Positions 58,556 through 64,000 of a stretch of DNA of 64,000 nt are shown here, one piece after another. The DNA is taken from assembly GCA_022777645.1 (NCBI GenBank), contig JALFFX010000055.1:2705-66704 (forward strand). Direction: 5' to 3'. The position numbers were made by a program, and so were the translations under genes. The DNA comes from Erysipelotrichaceae bacterium. Lineage in GTDB: Bacteria; Bacillota_I; Bacilli_A; RFN20; CAG-826. The notes below the pieces were generated by a model that was not told the origin of the DNA, made no database searches, and saw only the letters and a program-made list of their open reading frames with translations. Numbering within the stretch: the first letter of the stretch is position 1; each line of letters opens with the position of its first letter.

Positions 58556-58987
58556 CTATTTATCACTTCCTACTTTAAACCAATACTTGTGCATTGTGAC
58601 TTTACTTGCATCCCAAATATCTCTAACTTTACCGTCAACAATACAGCTGAGATGATGTGTGCCTGCAACAATTACAAATGTGCCTTTTGTGATTTGTTCT
58701 TCTATCATCCACTCTTTAACTGTCATCTTACGATTGTTAACATCTCTTGGCTCTTTGCATCTGATGAAACCATGTGTCTCTAAGTATTTCTCATATACAT
58801 GCCAGTCAATGAGAACAAAACCTTTTTTAATTCCAACTTCAGTGAGTTCACGTACTGTTTGTTCCCAGCTTTGTCCAGTTGCTAGAGCGATCGCTCTAAT
58901 AACACAATCACCGCCATATTTATCTTTTGGATTCACATTAGTATATTCATAGAAATCTGTGTTTTGAAACCTAAGCTCTTTTTTCAT
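58556..58987 (-). CDS. putative papain-fold (CHAP/NlpC-like) Cys-His peptidase
   Basis: GGDCVIRAIALA ... VAGTHHLSCIVDG spacing resembles Cys...His catalytic dyads. Confidence 0.3.
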   Translation of the reverse strand: MKKELRFQNTDFYEYTNVNPKDKYGGDCVIRAIALATGQSWEQTVRELTEVGIKKGFVLIDWHVYEKYLETHGFIRCKEPRDVNNRKMTVKEWMIEEQITKGTFVIVAGTHHLSCIVDGKVRDIWDASKVTMHKYWFKVGSDK

Positions 58988-59166
58988 TAATCATCAATCT
59001 CCTTCACATTATTATTGTATAATAAAAGAGTGCATAAGCACTCAGTTATCTTTAATAATAAATAATGGTCTTTTTTTTTTTATATTTCCCCAATATATTA
59101 TACTACATTTTGACTTAAATCTAACTAGTTATCTTTAAAATCATATGTAGTTAATTATTATTTAAA
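58988..59166 (-). promoter_or_regulatory. ~85-bp promoter cassette (palindromic AAAGATA-N6-TATCTTT, extended -10 TGGTATAAT-like, T11 tract)
   Basis: same unit recurs at 60016-60262 and 61768-61860. Confidence 0.5.
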
Positions 59167-59682
59167 TTAATGAATTTTGAAAACTTGATTTGCATCTGCT
59201 TTCATTATATCTCTAGTATGTTTATCAAGATTTGTTATTTCATCAATATTTTTATCTGGAAAATAAGAACATTCTTCACCTAATGCTGCTTGCACATATA
59301 CTGAAAATGGAAATGTCAGCATATGTTTAGAAACATTATTATCAATTAAATTTTTGGTAATCCATCTATCAGCCAAATATCCTTCATCAAAACTTTCAGG
59401 CCAATCATGATTAATATGATATACTTCAACATTTGAAAAATCTGATGCAATTTTTTCAACAGGTATTTGTAAATATAATGCTAAACATTTTCTAATATCT
59501 TCATTTGAATGAAAACAATCATAAAAATATTCATTTTCTAAAAAACCTTTTTTAATTCCTTCATAATTTTTATTACTGTCAAATTCATCAATATTATTGA
59601 TTGCTGGTTCCCATTTTAAGTTAATAGTATCTTTAAATTTTCTAATACTATCAATGATTTTCTTTTTTTCATTTTTATTCAT
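59167..59682 (-). CDS. hypothetical protein
   Basis: start set at MNKNEKK (AAATGGAG RBS). Confidence 0.5.
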   Translation of the reverse strand: MNKNEKKKIIDSIRKFKDTINLKWEPAINNIDEFDSNKNYEGIKKGFLENEYFYDCFHSNEDIRKCLALYLQIPVEKIASDFSNVEVYHINHDWPESFDEGYLADRWITKNLIDNNVSKHMLTFPFSVYVQAALGEECSYFPDKNIDEITNLDKHTRDIMKADANQVFKIH

Positions 59683-59728
59683 ATTAATTACTCCATTTCT
59701 ATATATATAATATAACATCAATATTGTT

Positions 59729-59956
59729 TTATAAAATTATTTTTTTTTCATTTTCAATTTCTTCAAACTCACTTATAAGAAATTTTCTAAAATCTTCATC
59801 TAAAAGTATATCTTCATCAGAACATCTTCTAATATTTTTAAATTCACAATATATATCAACGATGTCTTGATGTTTTTCTTTTAACATGAGTTGAATATAT
59901 TGTAGCATTTGTAATTCTTTATGTGAGAGTGTTTGTGTAGTAAATTTCAATTTCAT
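59729..59956 (-). CDS. hypothetical protein
   Basis: 75-aa ORF. Confidence 0.45.
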   Translation of the reverse strand: MKLKFTTQTLSHKELQMLQYIQLMLKEKHQDIVDIYCEFKNIRRCSDEDILLDEDFRKFLISEFEEIENEKKIIL

Positions 59957-60284
59957 TTTACATCATTCCTTATTTGCATTTATATTATACTATAAAACAA
60001 TACAAATCTAACTAGTTATCTTTAAGTAAAATAATACTCTTTTTTTTTTTTTATATATTTCCCCAGTATATTATACCACATTTTTACTTAAAGATACATA
60101 ATTATCTTTAAGTAAAATTCTTTTTTTTTTTAATATTCTCCAAATATATTATACCATATTTTTACTTAAATGTAATCAGTTATCTTTAATGATAAATAAT
60201 GGATTTTTTTTTATATATTTCCCTAGTATATTATACTATATTTTTACTTAAAAGTAATTAGTTATCTTTAATGATAAATAATCC
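59957..60284 (-). repeat. tandem array (~3.3 copies) of the ~80-87-bp promoter cassette
   Basis: unit boundaries at TTATCTTTA occurrences 60015, 60101, 60180, 60262; each unit contains a T9-T13 run and TATATT(T)CCCCAGTATATTATAC. Confidence 0.65.
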
Positions 60285-60545
60285 ATTCCAGTCTTCGTCT
60301 GCGTATGATTCAAATGTATCATGTTCAACAAGAAACTCTGCTGTTGAGATGATGACTTGAGCATACATGTTATCATGTGAATATTCAGCTGCTGGAGTTT
60401 CGCTGCCATCGGCTTCCAATGTTGCAGCATCGTAGCAATAATCTAAGAAGTCATCATCATAGTGTCCGTGTAAGTATGAATATTCAATGATGATATTATA
60501 ATAAGTTTTGAGAGTGCATGTCTCAAGATTAAGTTCATATCTCAT
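60258..60545 (-). CDS. hypothetical acidic protein
   Basis: 95-aa ORF. Confidence 0.5.
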   Translation of the reverse strand: MRYELNLETCTLKTYYNIIIEYSYLHGHYDDDFLDYCYDAATLEADGSETPAAEYSHDNMYAQVIISTAEFLVEHDTFESYADEDWNGLFIIKDN

Positions 60546-60547
60546 AA

Positions 60548-60799
60548 TCAGTCCTCATCATCGACGCCGAAGTATCTGTTTTCAAGTTCGTTAACTAAGA
60601 GTTCAGTATAAGCTTTTTCATCTTCTTCTCCGAAACAATTATCTAAGCCAACTCCCAACACAGCTAATAAAACTTCCTTTAATTGATAATTGCTCATATC
60701 TGTGTAATTGTCAGCAATGAAGTCATATAACACGCCTGCGCCTTCTGATGTCGCTTTCACTAATTCCTTTTCTAAGTTTTTCATCAATATTTCCTCCAT
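60548..60799 (-). CDS. hypothetical acidic protein
   Basis: 83-aa ORF; conserved leader TATAAT-ATATATGTAAAGGATGGAGG upstream. Confidence 0.5.
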   Translation of the reverse strand: MEEILMKNLEKELVKATSEGAGVLYDFIADNYTDMSNYQLKEVLLAVLGVGLDNCFGEEDEKAYTELLVNELENRYFGVDDED

Positions 60800-60850
60800 C
60801 CTTTACATATATATTATACTATAAGTTGAAGTAAAGATATATACTTATCT
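60800..60850 (-). promoter_or_regulatory. promoter + conserved 5' leader (AAAGATA...TATCTTT, TATAGTATAAT, AAGGATGGAGG RBS)
   Basis: leader identical in four genes. Confidence 0.5.
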
Positions 60851-61180
60851 TTACTTAACAACTTCAATTAACTCAAGTCCTAAACGTTTATCCCAGTAGT
60901 GAGCTGCATTGACAACAGTTGATGGCACTTTTCTATGTGAGTATAATCCTGCGTCATGTGTTTCTTTTTCTGAGTAATGTTCAATGAATGATTGTTCTAA
61001 ATCTTTGTATGATTCATCAGATTCAAAATCTTCCATACATTGCTCCCACGTTTCTCCATCAGGCCAGATGTAGAGCCAATCTGAGTAATAAGCTTCTTCA
61101 TCATTCATGTATATCATGATTTGTCCAAGCAACCAAGCCTTTTCACCATTATCTAATTTTAACCATTCTTCGTGTGTCAT
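60851..61180 (-). CDS. hypothetical protein
   Basis: 109-aa ORF with conserved leader. Confidence 0.5.
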   Translation of the reverse strand: MTHEEWLKLDNGEKAWLLGQIMIYMNDEEAYYSDWLYIWPDGETWEQCMEDFESDESYKDLEQSFIEHYSEKETHDAGLYSHRKVPSTVVNAAHYWDKRLGLELIEVVK

Positions 61181-61247
61181 TGAGATGTTCCTCCATCCTT
61201 TACATATATATTATATAATATTTATAAGTAAAGATATATACTTATCT
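61181..61247 (-). promoter_or_regulatory. promoter + conserved leader
   Basis: TAAAGATAAGTATATATCTTTACTTATAAATATTATATAATATATATGTAAAGGATGGAGG on the minus strand. Confidence 0.5.
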
Positions 61248-61712
61248 TTACTTAATACCATACCATAAAATATTACCACGATCTTTCAAACAATCATAAG
61301 CTTTATAAGCATCTTGTGCAGTAATTCCATCATGCATATAAGCACTTTCAACTTTGCACTTTCTTGACCATTCTAAGCCTTCTGTATAATCGTCTTTAAT
61401 TTCTTGTTTGATGATTTGTTTCACCTTATTTGCAAACCATTCTTTGATTTGTTGTTCATCCATATTACAGAACTTATTGCAGCGTGGTCTGTTAAAGTCC
61501 ACATCACCCCAAGCTTTACTAATATATATGACAACATCATCACCTTCGAGGTCACAGCATTCAAATAACCAATAACCTCTCATTGCAAATGAGTTTTCCC
61601 ACATGCCATCACTAAGTTGACCTTCAACACTTTGAATTATTGATAACATTTTTGTTCCCTTTAAGCCGGTGTGTATTTTTCTACAATTTGCTTTAATTTT
61701 TTCTGACCACAT
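61248..61712 (-). CDS. hypothetical protein
   Basis: 154-aa ORF. Confidence 0.5.
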   Translation of the reverse strand: MWSEKIKANCRKIHTGLKGTKMLSIIQSVEGQLSDGMWENSFAMRGYWLFECCDLEGDDVVIYISKAWGDVDFNRPRCNKFCNMDEQQIKEWFANKVKQIIKQEIKDDYTEGLEWSRKCKVESAYMHDGITAQDAYKAYDCLKDRGNILWYGIK

Positions 61713-61887
61713 TTTATGTATCCTCCATCCTTTACATATATATTATAATATTTTTTATCTTAAAGATATATGATTATCTTTAAGTAAAATAATGGTCTTT
61801 TTTTTTTTTTTTTTTTTAACAATTCCCCATTATATTATACCATATTTTTTCTCAAAGATACATAATTATCTTTAGGAGAAGAGAATA
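61713..61887 (-). promoter_or_regulatory. double promoter cassette with ~20-nt poly-T (poly-A on the transcribed strand)
   Basis: two AAAGATA-N6-TATCTTT elements each followed by TATAAT; T-run 61798-61817. Confidence 0.5.
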
Positions 61888-62256
61888 TCACCCGAGTTGG
61901 ATGATATTCTCAAGATGTTTAGCGAAGAAATCTGTGATGTTATAATTTTTATTATTTGCCTCATATTCACCTTTCTCAATTTCTTCACCTTGAGCATTGA
62001 AGTAAGTGACGTGTGTGATTTGTTTATTATTTTTAGTTATACGAGCAACAACATAATCATCACCTTGCTTATTAGTTTTTACTTCGATGTTTGTAAACCT
62101 TACAACACCTTTGGAAACTTTACGTCCATTATTAGTAATAGTCTCCCACATCATTGAAATATATGTGCCTTTTTTATATGTGGCCATAATACTTTCGAAC
62201 TCTTTTCTTGTCATAACATTTGTTCCTCCATCCTTGACATATATATTGTATAACAT
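61888..62256 (-). CDS. hypothetical protein
   Basis: 122-aa ORF with conserved leader. Confidence 0.5.
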   Translation of the reverse strand: MLYNIYVKDGGTNVMTRKEFESIMATYKKGTYISMMWETITNNGRKVSKGVVRFTNIEVKTNKQGDDYVVARITKNNKQITHVTYFNAQGEEIEKGEYEANNKNYNITDFFAKHLENIIQLG

Positions 62257-62506
62257 ATATGCTTAAAAGTAATTAGTTATCTTTAAATACAAATATTCAC
62301 TTATTTAAAGATAACAATGTACATATTAAGAATTTAGAGTTATTATATTTATGAACAAAAATTGTGATGTGTATTGACATTACGCTCCTTTGTGACTGGT
62401 AGTTATATCTCGCCAATATAACTACTTTTTTTATTGCTTAAAGATAACTAATTACATTTGAAAAATAACGTTATATAATAATAATGTCAATGATGGAGGA
62501 ACATAA
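62257..62506. promoter_or_regulatory. divergent promoter region at the -/+ strand switch, with several copies of the TAAAGATAAC element in both orientations
   Basis: 62270 AGTTATCTTTA (-), 62306 TTTAAAGATAACAATGTACAT (+), 62445 TTAAAGATAACTAATTACATTT (+), TATATAAT + GATGGAGGAACAT RBS. Confidence 0.5.
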
Positions 62507-62821
62507 ATGACAAACTTAAATGAAAATACAAAAGCAGCTCAATCAATGATTAGCCGCTACATCAATACTACTAAAGGTAGTAGTATTTATAATGCATATT
62601 GCAAACCTTCAGCAGCAAAAGTTGAGGCGTGCAATAAGATTAAAAAGGAAATGAATGAGGTAGGGGGGTATGGCTTCCGTATCACAAAAGCAGGGTCTAG
62701 CTTCTTTAGCTGTGCTTATCTTGTCAATCATATTGCTGATGGTGAAACTAAAGCAACTAAATATTTAATTTATCATACAGTGAATAATGTATATCGTATA
62801 AAATACGATGCTCAAAGATAA
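62507..62821 (+). CDS. hypothetical protein
   Basis: 104-aa ORF, GATGGAGGAACATAA-ATG; contains a G6 tract. Confidence 0.55.
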   Translation: MTNLNENTKAAQSMISRYINTTKGSSIYNAYCKPSAAKVEACNKIKKEMNEVGGYGFRITKAGSSFFSCAYLVNHIADGETKATKYLIYHTVNNVYRIKYDAQR

Positions 62822-62881
62822 ACAAGTCGTTAAACTTAAAAATATGATACAATATATTTGTCAATGAGGAGGAATGATTGG

Positions 62882-63691
62882 ATGGAACAAATTGACAACT
62901 TAATTGAATTAAAAAACAAACGTGAAATTGCATTTGAAGCATTTGAAGCAAATGAAAAAATTGTCATTGATGAACTGACAAAAATATTAAATGAAAAATG
63001 CTGTCCTGAAGGAGTCGAATTAGTAGTCGACTTAAAAATGCAAGTATGTCGCAGATATGATGAACAATATGGTCAATATTATTTCAATGGTGATATAGGC
63101 TTCAAGACAGATGATGAGGAGCGTCTTGCAAAAGGATGGAAAACAGACTTTGGCTCAGACTTTGATATTCGCATTTATCAAAATGGGGGTATTGAGATTA
63201 ACAAAGGAACGTGCGGCTCATATCGTCGTCAAGATAAGTTTCAAGTCGCTAGAGATTTATGCTTAGCTAAGATTTGGGAAAATGAAGAAGCATTGGTCAA
63301 TTGTATGAATTATCATTTCAAATATGACCTTTATAAGACACTTAAAGATATTGATAACAAAATTATACAAATTGAACAACAACAAAGATGTGATAATGCT
63401 TTAAAGGCATTAGGGGGGGCGGTTTATCTCTACACAGAAAATGTCTACAATAAATATGAATATGTCGGCGATAAATATGAAATTGCTAAAGCACACAGTC
63501 CAAGTGATATTTTCAAAATTGAAAAAATTACAGATAAAAATGTGCTTGGATACTATGTTGATTTTCCGTGGAAAAAGAAACGTCTTGACCGTAATATAAT
63601 TATGACCAAAATTATGAATAATTATTTAAAGACATCTGTTGAATTACCAACTGCATTCATAGTATCAAATGACGAGGAGGCGGGTAAATAA
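62882..63691 (+). CDS. hypothetical protein
   Basis: start set at MEQIDN (GAGGAGG RBS); G7 tract inside, C10 tract just after the stop. Confidence 0.55.
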   Translation: MEQIDNLIELKNKREIAFEAFEANEKIVIDELTKILNEKCCPEGVELVVDLKMQVCRRYDEQYGQYYFNGDIGFKTDDEERLAKGWKTDFGSDFDIRIYQNGGIEINKGTCGSYRRQDKFQVARDLCLAKIWENEEALVNCMNYHFKYDLYKTLKDIDNKIIQIEQQQRCDNALKALGGAVYLYTENVYNKYEYVGDKYEIAKAHSPSDIFKIEKITDKNVLGYYVDFPWKKKRLDRNIIMTKIMNNYLKTSVELPTAFIVSNDEEAGK

Positions 63692-63702
63692 CTACCCCCC
63701 CC

Positions 63703-63780
63703 CTCCTTTCTTAAAGATAACTAATTACATTTAAACATATTTGTGATACAATATAATTGTAAAATGGAAGGAAGATAATT
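63703..63780 (+). promoter_or_regulatory. promoter with TTAAAGATAACTAATTACATTT element
   Basis: near-identical to 62445-62466; followed by TACAAT and GGAAGGAAGATAATT-ATG. Confidence 0.5.
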
Positions 63781-64000
63781 ATGATTTACACACCAGATGA
63801 TATGAGGGAAATTATCAGTGACAATGTTGCTGATTTACAAATTGAAAGATTAAGTGATAATTTTCAATCATTAATGGACTACATTGATTTAGATACATTA
63901 GTTGCTTGGTTCGTAGAATGTATGTGCGAAAACGATCCTCATTACTACATGGAAAATGAAAATGATGCAGATGCAGTTTGTGATTGGTATCAAAAACACT
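63781..64000 (+). CDS. hypothetical protein, N-terminal fragment (continues beyond window)
   Basis: ATG 63781 with strong RBS; open to the window end. Confidence 0.5.
   Translation, partial: MIYTPDDMREIISDNVADLQIERLSDNFQSLMDYIDLDTLVAWFVECMCENDPHYYMENENDADAVCDWYQKH

Noticed and set aside
59957-60284. Possible CRISPR array (regularly spaced repeats)
   Set aside because: Units are ~80-87 bp, whole-unit near-identical copies with no unique spacers between short repeats. Each unit contains promoter elements (-10, AAAGATA palindrome, poly-T). It is a tandem promoter duplication, not CRISPR.
60248-60430. 60-aa minus-strand ORF
   Set aside because: Overlaps the longer, better-supported ORF 60258..60545 in another frame.

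Overview
AT-rich (~30% GC) tailed-phage DNA, apparently a contiguous piece of a >64 kb myovirus-type genome from a low-GC host; I cannot identify the host or the phage from sequence alone. Layout: + strand genes 1..24585 (small early/hypothetical genes, then a replication/recombination/nucleotide-metabolism block), a bidirectional terminator at ~24600, - strand genes 24665..62256 (structural module), a divergent promoter region at ~62300, then + strand early-type genes to the window end. The replication block encodes an SNF2-like helicase, a D5/P4-type primase-helicase, a PD-(D/E)XK nuclease, an AAA_24/Sak4-like ATPase, an AEP PrimPol, dCMP deaminase, a divergent ThyA-family enzyme, dUTPase, a phi29-like family-B DNA polymerase and a P-loop dNMP-kinase-like protein. 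The structural module encodes the terminase large subunit, LRR and fibre proteins, sheath/tube, a G/GT frameshift chaperone pair, tape measure, baseplate, a DUF2213/2190/2184-type head module, small early-type genes with repeated promoter cassettes and a HicA-like gene. Gene order is unusual: the terminase large subunit is transcribed last, far from the portal candidate. Most noteworthy: (i) the ThyA paralog carries Asp at the E. coli N177-equivalent position, the pyrimidine-specificity switch toward dCMP, and sits beside dCMP deaminase, dUTPase and an unusual 395-aa dNMP-kinase-like protein, which predicts a non-canonical pyrimidine (hm-dC / m-dC / hm-dU type) in virion DNA; (ii) an ~814-aa protein with a Pol-beta-type nucleotidyltransferase motif sits inside the tail/fibre cluster; (iii) a BspA/TpLRR-type leucine-rich-repeat protein lies next to the tail fibre; (iv) a genome-wide palindromic promoter element AAAGATA-N6-TATCTTT, many terminator-promoter junctions, ~85-bp tandem promoter cassettes and poly-T runs up to ~20 nt; (v) an iteron-rich 670-bp non-coding region (origin candidate); (vi) GC-rich moron-like genes (VRR-NUC and others) carrying G7-C10 homopolymer tracts. 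All functional calls rest on motif recognition by eye. No homology search was possible.
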